DNA of 63,688 bases, counting the filler, from Octopus bimaculoides (taxonomy: Eukaryota): NCBI RefSeq assembly GCF_001194135.2. It is 4 parts of 3 records of this genome, joined end to end, with 100 filler letters (N's around TTAATTAATTAA, not from the genome) between each part and the next. Parts side by side here need not be neighbours in the genome. Positions count along the whole stretch, not along the records: positions 1 to 14,833 come from NC_068996.1; 3 more parts are not named here. One strand, 5' to 3'. Each line of letters starts with the position of its first letter. Positions within the stretch are counted from its first letter, which is position 1. The notes beneath the pieces were generated by a model that saw nothing but the letters and a program-made list of their open reading frames with translations, was not told where the DNA came from and searched no databases. A program made the translations under genes and the position numbers. Shown here piece after piece: positions 1 through 13,329 of this stretch.

Positions 1-60
1 ATATATATATATATATATACACTAGCAGAGATTGACGCTCGGGATTAAAATAGCGTAGTT

Positions 61-473
61 CTTTTATTATTTTACTTGTTTCAGTCAAGTGACTGCGGCC
101 ATGCTTTACCACTGCCGATGGTCGAACAAATTGACCGGAGGATTTATTCTTTGTAAGCCTAGTACTTATTCTATCGGGCTCTTTTGACGAACTGCTAGTT
201 ATGTTAACGTAAACACTGCAACATCGGTTGTCAAGCAATGATGGGGGTACAAACACAGACACACACACACAAATATACGCATATATACGACAGTCTTCTT
301 TCAGATACACAGATATAAAGACACATCCACACAAATTCACATACACATACATAAAAACACACACACTCACACACACACACATACTCACACATACACGCAC
401 ACATCTATATATGATAGGCTTCTTTCAGTTTCCATTTACCAAATCTACAAAGCTGAACCACACAGCCACGCCT
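61..473 (-). mobile_element. tRNA-derived SINE family 1 (internally deleted head)
   Basis: Matches other family-1 copies (GGCTGTGTGG A-box head, internal TA/CA microsatellite, GACTGAAACAAGTAAAA tail). Confidence 0.8.
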
Positions 474-2220
474 GTTATATATATATATATATATACACGC
501 ACATGTACATATTTATATACATATATATAAATATAAATATGTGTGTGTATTTGTAGACACACATACATATATAGAAATGTATATATATTTATATATACAG
601 ATATATACATCCTCACACATGTATGTACGTATGTATGTATATCATGTGTCCCTGTGTGTATACACGCTTATAAATACACAAAAAACTTGTGTGTGTTTAA
701 TTATGTGCATCCATGTGTTTATTATTAACGGCTGTTTGTGTGCGAGTGCGCGCGCGCGTGTGTGTGTTTACATTTTGACACCAGCTCCACCGCTTGGTTC
801 AAGACAAACTCTATGACTTCCGTCTAAAAAATAACGCCAGTCCTTTCAACTCCTCTGAATCCCATTTTTTTTTTCTTTTACTTCATTTCCTCCGTTCTTC
901 TCGTCCCCACCTTTCTCTCTCTCCCTCTTTCCTTCTCTCCCTCTTTCCTTCTCTCCCTCCCTCCCTCTCTCTCTGTCTCTCTCTTTCTCTCTCTCTCTGT
1001 CTCTCTTTCTCCTTCATTCTCTCTCTGTCTCTCTTTCTCCTTCACTCTCTCTCTGTCTCTCTTTCTCCTTCACTCTCTCTCCTGTCTTTTTCTTTATTTT
1101 TTTTTTCCGTCATTCTTTTCTCTCGCCTTTCTTTAAATTTATTTCATTTCATTTCCTATCATCTCTTTTCATTTCGTTTTTCACTTCTCTTTGATTCTCA
1201 CTTTTCCTTCTTATTTATTTATTCCTTTTTTTTTTACTCTCTTTTTCTTTCTTAAAAATTTTGCTAACAAGAAAGAATGGACGCAGTAACCCGGATTGTT
1301 AGAAAAAGCAATCTAATTTCACTCAAATCTCATTAACAAAATTAAAACAAATGTCATATTGATCAGTTTCGTCCTTCATATACACCATGACAGGCTGATC
1401 ATGGCTGGAACATATTTTCTCATATATCTATTTACATGTGTTTCCTTCTCATCCTTTCCTATTATTCTTCATTGTATCACCATAATTTTTTATGGTGGTG
1501 GCCACTGATTGTAAACACAGTTAATGCTAAGAAACTGATTATTATCAAAGTCACTGGGCCCAGAGACCACTCTCAGTTATGTATGCTTAATATTAGCTGC
1601 TTATTGTTAACTGAACAGTTCCTTCCCAAAGTGATCACAATAAGCAGCTTTACATACACACACACTCTCTCTCACACACACACACACACACAAACACACA
1701 CATATACATAGAAACGTATATACATATATACATACATAACTACGTGTGTGATGTATATATGTGTATTATGTAGTTTATTGTTACGTTATTGAGGGGATCA
1801 ATTAAAAAAATGGATATAAATATAATTTAATGTACATTATATTAGAATAACAGCGACTAGTAGTTTCTTGCCATTAAGACACGTGCTTAAGCAAATTTTG
1901 TAACGTGTTCTGTGTCTACAAGCAATCTCCGTGCTCAGAACATATGGTTTATATTATTTGAAATACAAGATGCTATATGTATATATGTGTGTGTGATATG
2001 AGTGTGTGTGAGTGTGTATGATGTGTGTGATATGTGTATGCGTGTGTGATATGTGTGTGTGTGTAACCATGTGTATATAAATGTAAACAAACAAATATTT
2101 GTTTGTTGTTTTTATTAGAAGTGTCGAAATGTGTATCGTTGACAAATTTTTCCGCCTTCTATTTCTACTATTCAAACGGCAACTTTGCGTTCGAAAAAAT
2201 ATCATCTTATTAGTATCATA

Positions 2221-2700
2221 CTATATGTATGTATGTATGGATGGATGGATGGATGTATGGATGTATGTATGTATGTATGTATGTATGTATGTATGCATGT
2301 ATGTATGCATGCATGTATGTATGTATTTATGAATGTATGTATGTATGTATGTGTGTGTATGTATGTATGTATGTATGTGCGGATGTATGTATGTATGTAT
2401 GTGTATGTATGTATGTATGTATGTATGTATGTATGTATGTATGTATGTATGTATGTATGTATGTATGTGTGTGTGTATGTATGTATGTGCGGATGTTTGT
2501 ATATATGTATGTGTGTGTATGTATGTATGTGTGTGTATGTATGTATATATGTGCGGATGTATGTACATATGTATGAATGTATGTATGTGTGTGTATGTAT
2601 GTATGTATGTATGTATGTATGTATGTATGTATGTATGTATGTATGTATGTATGTATGCATACATGCGTGCATGTATGTATCTATGTATGCATATGTATTT
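2221..2700. repeat. Long (TATG)n compound microsatellite; representative of many window-wide SSRs ((CT)n 900-1250 and 42180-42510, (GATA)n 11440-11650 and 43268-43390, (GAT/AAT)n 52670-52822, many (TA)n, (CA)n and (ATT)n tracts)
   Basis: Directly visible. Confidence 0.98.
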
Positions 2701-2913
2701 GAAATCAACGACTTCCTTTATTCGGTTCTCTGTTTTCATCCGATCCATCTCCTTTTCTCTTCTTGCTCTTTCTCTCCTTTTTATCGGCCTCCATTTCGTT
2801 TTTCAACTCCCTCAGATTTCTTCATCTTCAACTTTTCTTTTTATCCTTCAATTCCGAGTTAATTTTCTCTCTCTTACCCGCCAGTTATACCGTTATTATT
2901 ACAGTTTAACCAG

Positions 2914-3153
2914 AAGGCGGCGAGCTGGCAGAGTCGTTAGCACGCCGAGTACAGTGCTCGGCGGGATTTCGTCCATGTTAACGTCCTGAGCTCAAATTCC
3001 ACTGAAGTCGACTTTGCCTTCATCAATTTGGTATCGATAAAGTAAGTTCCAGTTGAGCACTGGCATCGATATAATCGACTCATCCCCTCTCCCAAAATTG
3101 CCGCCCTTGTGGCAAAATTTGAAACCTTTATTACTATTATTATTATCATTATT

Positions 3154-3191
<38 letters not shown>

Positions 3192-3405
3192 CGTCGTCGT
3201 CGTCGTCGTTGTTGTTGTTAAGGCGGGTGCTAGCAGAATCATTAGCACACCAAGCCAAAATGCTTATCGGCATTTTGTATGTCTTTACATTCTGAGTTCA
3301 AATTCCGCCGAGATCAATTTTGCCTTTCATTCTTTCGGGGGTCGATAAAGGAAGTACCAATCAAGTACTGGTGTCGATGTGTTCGATTCTCCTCCTTCCC
3401 ACAAT
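2914..3405 (+). mobile_element. Two tandem tRNA-derived SINE family 2 copies
   Basis: AAGGCGGCGAGCTGGCAGAA (A box)...GAGTTCAAATTCC (B box)...; (TTA/TTG)n spacer. Confidence 0.9.
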
Positions 3406-3514
3406 TATTGGTACCGACAATTATTGGTACTACTGCCACCTTTTTCATCGACCAAAACTGCTTAAACCTCCCAAGCTAACCTGTCATATCCATCGACTTT
3501 GCATGGCTGCCATA

Positions 3515-4600
3515 CTGTAAAGTCACGGAAATTTGGAGCTCCGTAAGTTGAAATGTTTGTAATTTTTTCGGCTATCTAAGACCCCGTGTGTTCATTTTTA
3601 TTGTTACGATTGCAATTCTGAGATTGTCTGGTGTGCGCAGATACAATTTCTGTGTTGAAACACCCCCTGTTTTGCACGGGGTGCGCATCAATAATTTTTA
3701 AATTTTAACTATTTTCGGCAAAAGCAAATATTTTGCAACTTTTTTAATTATTCAAAGATGGCTGATAAAGAAGCCATCATAATGTTCGGCAAAGGAACAC
3801 GTTTCTCGTCGGAAGTAAAAAGTGAGAACAAGAACATCGAATGGCTCAAAGTTAATGACGTCACCGAGGCGAATAATGTTTCGTCTCTAAGTAACGCCAA
3901 AACTTTCGGTGTCGACAGCATGAACAACAACAACAGCAACAGTAGCAGCACTGACGACAACAACAACAACAACAATAACAGCAGCAGCAGCAACAACAAC
4001 AACAACAATAACAACAGCAACAACAATACGAAAGAAATGAAACATAAAAACGTGAATATCGTCTCCCTTTCTTTTGCATTTGCGGCAAGAAATATGGAAA
4101 ATTTCTGCATAGATGAAATTTTTTAAATGACAAGGAAAATTGTAAAAAGGAATGGCAGAAGTGTTGCTCTAAACCCTCCATCGGACGTGATAGGGAACAT
4201 CTTTGGATGCACGGTAACATACCACTGCATCGGGTCAAGTTTCTGTAGATGAAAAATGCTCTTGACAGCGAAATACAAAAATGCCTCATCACGCGAGAAA
4301 AGAAGTTTGTAACTATTGAAGTGAGAATTGGCGAATGAGATTGTCTGGTGGACAAGGCTGGAAGCAACGAGGACAGAAACATTCCTCTTTGGTAGAGTCC
4401 TCATCGAATTTTTCAAGTTTTACTTGGAAAAGAAAGTAAGGGTAGAGAGGGAGGTGTTGTCCCCGAGTGAGTCTATGGAAAGGTGGGTGAAAATTGCGAA
4501 AATGGCAAGAGTGGATGGTACCACTCTGCGTAGGCCGGTGAGTTGGAGGAAAGGAGTTGGAGAGGGCTCTCATCCTTGGTATTCAGGGTATCCTAGAGTT
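3515..4600 (+). mobile_element. Possible pogo/Tigger-like DNA transposon remnant
   Basis: tactgtaaag...taagacccc terminus-like sequence and broken ORF pieces (ELANEIVWW); weak. Confidence 0.3.
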
Positions 4601-4784
4601 ATCGTTCTTTTTTCACTTATTGCAGTATACTATGTATACTTCAGTTCTTTTAATGCATACTGTGTATATTTCTTTCTTACTTCTTTTTTATCAATCCATT
4701 ATATGTAAACCCCCACACTTTATGTCTGTCTTTATATTATCGCCATCATCCTTCGCTCTGGTGGCAAATACAAGAAATCATTAT

Positions 4785-5040
4785 CGAATGAGAGAGCAGT
4801 GCATGCTATCAAAGTGACACTAGGATAAAATATACGAAACCCTGTATGCCCATCATGACTACCCGTCTGATAAGGGTACACCAGGCACATGCATCACAAT
4901 CATACGTGCACAACATGGTGATCTCATATTAGGATAAACAGCGCATGACCTTGAACTGGGGCCAAGTTAGAATTTTCTTCAGGTTGAGTAGCTCACCCGC
5001 TCAAAAGGTCCCTGAACAAGGGTTGTTCAAGGATGTTAAA
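4785..5040 (-). mobile_element. Non-autonomous interspersed repeat family 3 (also at 30580-30760 minus and 25855-25990 plus)
   Basis: Shared core catgactacccgtctgataagggtacaccaggcacatgcatc...catggtgatctcatat. Confidence 0.8.
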
Positions 5041-5050
5041 ATCATCATCA

Positions 5051-5123
<73 letters not shown>

Positions 5124-5126
<3 letters not shown>

Positions 5127-5228
5127 GGCAATGACCTGACAGAATTGTTATCGTCCTGGACAAAATACGTAGCAGCATTTCATCCGCCTTAACGTTCGTG
5201 AGTTCAAATTCTGCCGAAGTCAACTCTG
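5124..5228 (+). mobile_element. SINE family 2, 5' half, abutting the Penelope element
   Basis: Consensus match; preceded by (ATT)n. Confidence 0.8.
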
Positions 5229-7540
5229 AAAACTACTTGCCCAAGAAAATCCATCACACTAGAGAATAAGTCGATCATAAATTTGTCTAATCTAAAACTT
5301 TCACCCGACGATGTCTCTATCTTGAGTTTCAGCCGAAGCACTAAGAATTTCGACAAGAATAATCTAGCTCAAGGACAATTTCAGTTTGTCCGCCGTAAAA
5401 AGCTGAAAGAATATTTTTTTGAAAAAAATGGTAATGAGGAGTAAGAAAACCCTATGTTTACTGAAAATAAAAATGATGATGATCAAATTTGGCATAATTG
5501 GATTGAAAAGAATCCCAATTGGTATCCAGATAAAATTAGGGATGGACGTTCACAAGCACTACTGGAATTTCTTGAATCTTGTCAGACAGGTATTAGGGAA
5601 AGCCTTAAAACAAGCGGAAAGAAGTCCTGGAATAACCTCACAAATTCCCAACGTTACGCACTCCGACTTCTAGCTAATAACGTCTAGCTAATAACGTCTA
5701 GCTAATGACGGATAAGGGAGCGCTGTTGTAATTATGGATAAAAGTGAGTATATTTCGGCTTGTGAAGAAGTTGTGAGAAAACTTCATATGAAGAATTATC
5801 TGTCGATCCAAATTCCAATTACAGAGAGGAACTTGAGAAAATAGCTCTGGAAATAGAGGAAAACAATTTCGAATCCAGGATTTTACGGTCAGAAAGAAGA
5901 ACACCTCTATTTTATGGTCTCTCCAAACTACACAAAATGTTCGAAATATTTTCTCTAATACACCCAATTTGCAGCGGACATAAATGCTGTACAGCCAAAA
6001 TTTCGGACTGGTTGAATGGCTGTCTACTCCCTGTCGCAAAAAGCTCAAGTTTTTATATTCGGGATACTTTTGATTTTGTGTCTAAAACTGCTTTCCTTAT
6101 ATTCCAATATTGACCACGATGAAGGAGTAGAAATATGCATGAATGCCTTCGAAAAACGGTCAAACAAAAGTATTCCATCAAATTTTCTCTGTAGATTATT
6201 GAGGTCTGTGTTACAAACCAACACACTGAAGTTGGGACAAAAATTTTACCACCTGTCGAGAAGTTGCACCATGGTATCGCCCATGGCAGTTAATTTCGCT
6301 AATGTCTTGATGACGAAATTCGAGACACAGTTACTGAAGACATTCAAATCCCTTCATGGTCATGAACCAATATTCTGGTTACGGTTCATTGATAACGTCT
6401 TTTTTGTCTGGGAAGGATCACAGAATAGTTTAATGAACTTCTTGCATTTCTGTGACTGTTATGCTAAAAACTATGGCTTTAAGTCCAACATAAAATTTAC
6501 ATCTAGTTTTTCAAAAACTAGCGTTGAATTTTGGGACACAAAAGTTAAGTTTTCTGAAGGCAGAATAGTGATAGATTTATTTTGCATGCCCACGTCATCC
6601 CACATTTACCTTCACCGCCGTTCCAATCATCCACATCATATAATTCGGTCAAATCCGAAATCCCAGTTTTTGAGGATAAAACGGATTAGTACTGACATAG
6701 GGGAATACTGGAAATATGCAAATGCTTTTGTACACCATTATGTCAAACGCGGTAACAGTGACTCACGATAAAATGAAATAGCAAATGAAATAGCTAAGAC
6801 TAACAAAGAAAGTCAAACCTTCACGCATAATTTTAGCAAACACATTACAATAGATGACAGAATTCCTTTAGTGATTAACTGGCACCGAAATTTCGCTGGC
6901 ATTTCAAAAGTGTTGCATGGGAGTTACCAGCATGTAGCAGGAAAATATCCTTGTGTCAAACAAATATTTCCTCAGTCGCCTATTGTAGCCTTTAGACAGA
7001 ATAAAAATATAACAGGACTATTAACCTCTGCTTCTGACGCCAAGAAAACTAACATTGGAGTATTTGCATGTTGTACTTTGAAAAACAGCCGCAAGAGAGG
7101 TAACTCTTGTTCATTGTGCAACAACATGAGTCAAGTGAATTCCATCAGGAATCAAAACAGAAATGTTATGATTTATACAGGAGGTGGCACACATAAAGAT
7201 TCCCATTTGGTGTACGCAGCAGAATGCACGAAACACAATTTAATTTATGTTGGTTTTACACCAGAACAATTAAACACAAGATTCAATGGGCACAGATATG
7301 ACGTCATGCACAATAACAGTAGTTCGACAGAACTTGCCGAACATTTTATATCAAACGGCTGCAATTTTGAAAAGGACTCGAAAGTGTATATTCTCTGTTA
7401 ATATTCTGAATCTGCTACACTTTCAGTGCTGAAAATGCATGAGGAGAAATATGCTTGCGGGTTATCAACATCACGCCCTGGAGGAATTAATAAAATGACA
7501 GGAGAATTTCATCAAATTTACACAAGGCTGTTTGATTTAA
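5229..7540 (+). mobile_element. Degraded Penelope-like element (RT + GIY-YIG endonuclease)
   Basis: Frameshifted ORF pieces: SIINLSNLKLS, SLYSNIDHDEG, SPMAVNFANVLM, FWLRFIDNVF (RT DD mutated to DN), HIYLHRRSNHP, and GIY-YIG-like LVYAAECTKHNLIYVGFTPEQLNTRFNGH. Confidence 0.9.
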
Positions 7541-7730
7541 TATTATTTTTCATTTTCTTTCCCTTTCTTTTTTCTCGTTTTTTCTTTCTTTTTCTTTTTG
7601 CCAGTTGTAAAATTGATTGTAAAATATCTAATTACAATCGCATCGCGGTCTTCGCATTGTCTATTTACCTTTGTGAAAGAGTTACGTCAATCCTTTAAAA
7701 ATATTATTATTATTATTATTATTATTATTA

Positions 7731-7764
<34 letters not shown>

Positions 7765-7767
<3 letters not shown>

Positions 7768-7925
7768 GGTGGTGAGCTTGCAGAATCGTTAGCTCGCCGG
7801 ACGAAATGTTTAACGGTATTTCGTCCGTCGATAAAATAAGTACCAGTTGAACACTGGGGTTGATGTAATCGACTCATCTCCACCTCCCCTATGCTTTCCT
7901 TATGGCAAAAATTTGAAATAATGAT
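7765..7925 (+). mobile_element. SINE family 2, internally deleted
   Basis: Consensus match. Confidence 0.8.
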
Positions 7926-7974
7926 AATAATTATCATCATCATTATTATTATTATTGTTATTATTATATGTTTG

Positions 7975-8490
7975 ACTTTTCTTTGTATTTGTACAAGTTG
8001 GATCCAAGTCTCACCCAGTGACCTCAAGAGACAGCAAGTTAGAAGTTCATGTTGGTGTTATGCCTAGGGTGTCATATATTTGGTTTTGCACGCCGTATTA
8101 TTCCAGAGAATGTTTAAGAAAACAAAGTATGAGTTTCTTTTAAAATTTCAGATTACATAGACAGTATTTTACGTAGGATATGGGCAGTTCCCATGAGCAC
8201 TATCTTTTGAATTTCTGCCGTTTTGGGGTTTCCTAGTATCTGAGCTAGGTAGCAGTCATCCTTTTTTGCTAACATTCCTAGGGCACCTATGACAATAGGT
8301 TTGTTTTAGTCTTGAGGTTTCACATTTTGCCAATTTCTGTTTCAAGATCTTTATACTTGCTCAGTTTTTTGGTAGGTCTTGACAGATACATTTATATCGA
8401 TTGGGACAGTCATATCAATGAGGAGGCATGATCTTTGTCTGAAGTCTTTCTATATAATGTCTGGCCTATTCGCATCTATTTTTTATCATT
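7975..8490 (-). mobile_element. R4/Dong-clade non-LTR retrotransposon 3' fragment (REL endonuclease), family B
   Basis: ANRPDII..SCLLIDMTVPID...PIVIGALG...MGTAHILRKILSM*; (TAA)n tail. Confidence 0.85.
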
Positions 8491-8527
8491 TATTATTATT
8501 ATTCTGCTATTTATTATTATTATTATT

Positions 8528-9940
8528 GTTCAGTAGTTTTATTTTTATAACGTGCTTTCACTTCACTACCGAGCGCAGCTCTGTGCGCCTTGGGTATGTG
8601 CTGTGGTTTGCTGTGGTGCTCTTATGTTTACTGTATTGAAAGTGTTTTGCGTAGAATGTGTGCAGTACCCAGTAGTGCAATTTTCTGTATGTTATATATA
8701 TTTGTAAGTCCTGGTGTTTTTGTTATGTATTTGTCTGAATATTTTTTTCTTATCCCTAAGGCACCTACTATGATAGGAATTGTTTCTGTTTTTAGACTCC
8801 ACATTCGAGTTATCTCTATTTCCAGGTCGTTGTATTTTGAAAGTCTTTCCATTTTTTTTAGAGAAACGTTGTCATCTGCTGGTATTGATACNNNNNNNNN
8901 NNNNNNNNNNNNNNNNNNNNNNNNNNNNNNNNNNNNNNNNNNNNNNNNNNNNNNNNNNNNNNNNNNNNNNNNNNNNNNNNNNNNNNNNNNNNNNNNNNNN
9001 NNNNNNNNNNNNNNNNNNNNNNNNNNNNNNNNNNNNNNNNNNNNNNNNNNNNNNNNNNNNNNNNNNNNNNNNNNNNNNNNNNNNNNNNNNNNNNNNNNNN
9101 NNNNNNNNNNNNNNNNNNNNNNNNNNNNNNNNNNNNNNNNNNNNNNNNNNNNNNNNNNNNNNNNNNNNNNNNNNNNNNNNNNNNNNNNNNNNNNNNNNNN
9201 NNNNNNNNNNNNNNNNNNNNNNNNNNNNNNNNNNNNNNNNNNNNNNNNNNNNNNNNNNNNNNNNNNNNNNNNNNNNNNNNNNNNNNNNNNNNNNNNNNNN
9301 NNNNNNNNNNNNNNNNNNNNNNNNNNNNNNNNNNNNNNNNNNNNNNNNNNNNNNNNNNNNNNNNNNNNNNNNNNNNNNNNNNNNNNNNNNNNNNNNNNNN
9401 NNNNNNNNNNNNNNNNNNNNNNNNNNNNNNNNNNNNNNNNNNNNNNNNNNNNNNNNNNNNNNNNNNNNNNNNNNNNNNNNNNNNNNNNNNNNNNNNNNNN
9501 NNNNNNNNNNNNNNNNNNNNNNNNNNNNNNNNNNNNNNNNNNNNNNNNNNNNNNNNNNNNNNNNNNNNNNNNNNNNNNNNNNNNNNNNNNNNNNNNNNNN
9601 NNNNNNNNNNNNNNNNNNNNNNNNNNNNNNNNNNNNNNNNNNNNNNNNNNNNNNNNNNNNNNNNNNNNNNNNNNNNNNNNNNNNNNNNNNNNNNNNNNNN
9701 NNNNNNNNNNNNNNNNNNNNNNNNNNNNNNNNNNNNNNNNNNNNNNNNNNNNNNNNNNNNNNNNNNNNNNNNNNNNNGCTATTTGTATTAGTTTCCCTTG
9801 CTTCTGGAGTAGGTATTTTTGCAGTCCTATGGTGGTTATTTTATAATAGTTTTCTAGCTGTATAAGACCCCTGCCACTTTCTGTGCGTTGTATATATAGC
9901 CTTTCTATGTCAGATTTTGGGTGGTGCATCCTATATCCTG

Positions 9941-9944
<4 letters not shown>
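8528..9944 (-). mobile_element. R4/Dong-clade element, 5'-truncated, family A (middle in N gap)
   Basis: MHHPKSDIERLYIQRTESGRGLIQLE...IPIIVGALG...LLGTAHILRKTLSIQ*; (TAA)n on both sides. Confidence 0.9.
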
Positions 9945-9996
<52 letters not shown>

Positions 9997-10004
9997 GTTA
10001 TTAT

Positions 10005-10430
10005 ATTATTGCCTTTGCACAGCTTCTAACGCTGGAGATGTACTACGGAGCCAGCTGTTCACTACCATTGAACTAAGCTAACACCCCTTATTTTTCGAGA
10101 ATAATCCGGAGTATTCGAGTGGTTCCAAGCAATGCTGTTTTCTGCAAATGCACCACCCTTATTGCAGCCCCTATTTGTTCCACATACTTCTCGAGAGTTT
10201 TGCTCACTGTTCCCTGGGCTCCGACAATTATTGGTACTACTGCTACCTTTTTCATCGACCACAACTGCTTAACTTCCCGAGCTAACCTGTCATATCACTC
10301 GACTTTTCTTTCTTCCTTATCGCATACCTTGTTGTCAGCTGAGCATGCTATATCTATAATCCAGCATTGTTTGTTTTCTTTCTCAATTAACACTGTATGG
10401 TTTCCTATTCTCTTATCTCATGGTCGCACT
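10005..10430 (-). mobile_element. R4/Dong-clade 3' fragment, family C (an internal piece also lies at ~3405-3510)
   Basis: YDRLAREVKQLWSMKKVAVVPIIVGAQG...QKTALLGTTRILRIILEK*; (TAA)n tail. Confidence 0.8.
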
Positions 10431-10525
10431 GAATCATAAAATCAGATAGGATGTTTGCATTATCATTATCATTATCATTATTACTATTATTATTATTACT
10501 ACTACTACTACTATTATTATTATTA

Positions 10526-10589
<64 letters not shown>

Positions 10590-10592
<3 letters not shown>

Positions 10593-10750
10593 AGTAGTGA
10601 GCTGGCAGAATTGTTATCGTCCTGGACAAAATACTTAGCAGCATCTCGTCCGTCTTTACTTTCGGGAGTTCAAATTCCACCGAGGTCGACTTTGACTTTC
10701 ATCCTTTCGTGGTCGAAATTCCAGGCATTGTACCTATGTTAGAAAGGGTT
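10590..10750 (+). mobile_element. SINE family 2
   Basis: Consensus match; preceded by (ATT)n. Confidence 0.8.
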
Positions 10751-11489
10751 ATTACTGTCTAACCTCGAATCAGTTTCCATCATACATAAGTATTATCAAA
10801 AAATACCCCAGCCATATCAATTACTTCTCTGCCACCACATTTCCTGTTTCTTCTTTTTTTAATTGTTTAGTAGATGGCAGTAGAGTGGAGGAAACAGTAT
10901 TTATTTACATCACCCTACATTCTTAAGGACAGGTTCGATTACTGCTAGGAATCAAGTTTACTTTTCAATTAGCCGAGAAACAATAAGAATTATTGTTATA
11001 TATTCAAAATTATCAGATGGGTTACTACCATTCTTATCCTTCATTGAAATCAAAACATTTAAACATCGCTAGACTCTTATTCTTTAACTCTTTCAGCAAA
11101 GGCAAAATGTTTAGCGGCATTTCTCCTGTGTGCATATCTCTCTGAATGATATTCTTTTATCTAAGTATGTCGGTATAACAGAAACGATCATCAGCTTTAT
11201 AAGGTGAGTTCAACATGTGATTTCTTCTATCTGTATTTTTGCTGTCTAATACTCTGAATTTCTCGAAATTCTTCTAAGTGATATTTGAATCTATTGTCCT
11301 ACATAAAGAATTACCATGGGTGTGTATTCTACTTACATTTACGGGAGTCTGTTTGATATAATTAACCAAATTCGTTTAAAACTGAGTGCTTCATTGATAT
11401 CTGCCTGGATTTTTTAATCCCTTTTTCTTCTTATAATAGACAGACAGACAGACAGACAGACAGGCAGGCAGACAGACAGGCAGGCATGT

Positions 11490-11524
<35 letters not shown>

Positions 11525-11532
11525 TAGGTAGG

Positions 11533-11572
<40 letters not shown>

Positions 11573-11573
11573 G

Positions 11574-11640
<67 letters not shown>

Positions 11641-13329
11641 CAGAGAGACATATATATTTGCTTTGTTGCTGTTGCTACTTTTAGAGTTGTTTATCCCCGG
11701 ATCAAATTTTACTGCGCATGCCTAAGACCAAAATCATTTAGCTATGACTTTGATATTCCCTGCATTCTAGAATTCAGGAAGATTTGGCTACTATTTCTAC
11801 CTGATCTAGCCTCTATGCAGAGATTCCTGTATGATGTTTTTTTTGTTTTTTTTAGCCCTGAGTGGTCTCGATTCAGCGGACCTATAACCAGACGCTCTCC
11901 TTGGATAGATAGTCCGCCATTCTAAAACTATCCAGCTTTCATCCAATATGTTCCCTACTACTAAAAATAGTCCGGATTGATTTGAGGGAAATCTAGGTGC
12001 GATTTTCAGCATATATTGCGACTTCAAGTTTCTCTTTCGTGTATATACTAAGTGCATATGTGCGCATGTGCACTGATAAATTTAAAATGGAGGAGGTGAG
12101 AAGATGAGGTGATGTTTACTTGAATAATGTCCATATGGGCACCTACTGTCGTACGTCTATTAGTGAGTGTAATGTATGTATATTATTTATACCCGCGAGT
12201 GTACACGTGGTATAGATATCCTTGATGCTAGTATTCTCCTCTGTGTTTGTCGCCTTTTATCTATATTCTCTTCCATTACACATTTAGAACTGCTTAACGT
12301 AAAACAAACAATAGAACGCCATTGAAAATAATCTATATATTATTTCTGTTTCGTATTTCTTTTTAATTATTTACGTTTTAATCATTTACAGATTTTTTCT
12401 TTATGAAATGCTGTTTTTAATTCGATTTGTATTTTGTTTTTTTATTATTACTTGAAACTTATTTTACTGTAAATGAGAAACAAGGAAAAGCAAAATAAAA
12501 TATTCTATTAAAATTTTCACCCTGCCCAATCTTATTTTCATATCCATAGGAAATGTATTGAGCGGTAGTCCTTCGACTGAAACCACTAAAAGGGTAAAGA
12601 ATAAAAGAACTAGCATGAGAATTTCTAGTCTTTTGGCGGTGAGAGCTATCTTCAACAGTGTTGAACCTCATTATAACAAGGCACCAGCAAGGAGTGACTA
12701 AGTCAGTGTGTATGGAAGATCCTCAGACTTCCAAATTCGAAGAGAGATGGTAGGTTTAATTTTCCATTCAATCTAGATATTTCCACTAATATAGCTAAGA
12801 GCTTCCTGACGCTAGTTTAACAGCATTTTTCAAGAATTCGTATATAAATATATACCATAAGCTCTTTAATACACATCTAGTCAAGGTTAGTTACTTATGC
12901 TTAGATAACATAGTTTCCAGCATTGCTATAGTGCATGCTACCGCAGATGCAAACTCCCACCCACAATATTCCTTCAATATTCCAATCTGTAACTTCTTAA
13001 ACCCTACAGACTGCTATGGGGAGAATCCTGTTCCACAAATGTGGTCTTTAGACCGAATCTCACACCATCCAGCGGTCTTACGAAACACTACACTGGTATT
13101 ACTGACTTTGACTTAGAGGAAAGCTACGCATAACACGTGCGCTCATATATGTGTGTATGTATGTGTATGCATATATATATTCACATACATGTATGTATTC
13201 ATATATATATATATATATATATATGTAGTGGGGTGGTGATAGTGATGGGGTGTGTGAATGTGTGGTGGAGATGTGGGGGGTTAGGGGTGGTGGAGTATAA
13301 ATGAAGAGAGAAGGTGGGTAGGAGTGAAG

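Noticed and set aside
228-3350. Long low-complexity ORFs (MYVC, HTYI, poly-I/L/N etc.) here and throughout, plus X-filled ORFs
   Set aside because: These are translations of microsatellites or N gaps.
3748-4126. ORF with Asn/Ser runs
   Set aside because: An (AAC/AGC)n expansion inside a probable transposon remnant; no splice or homology support.
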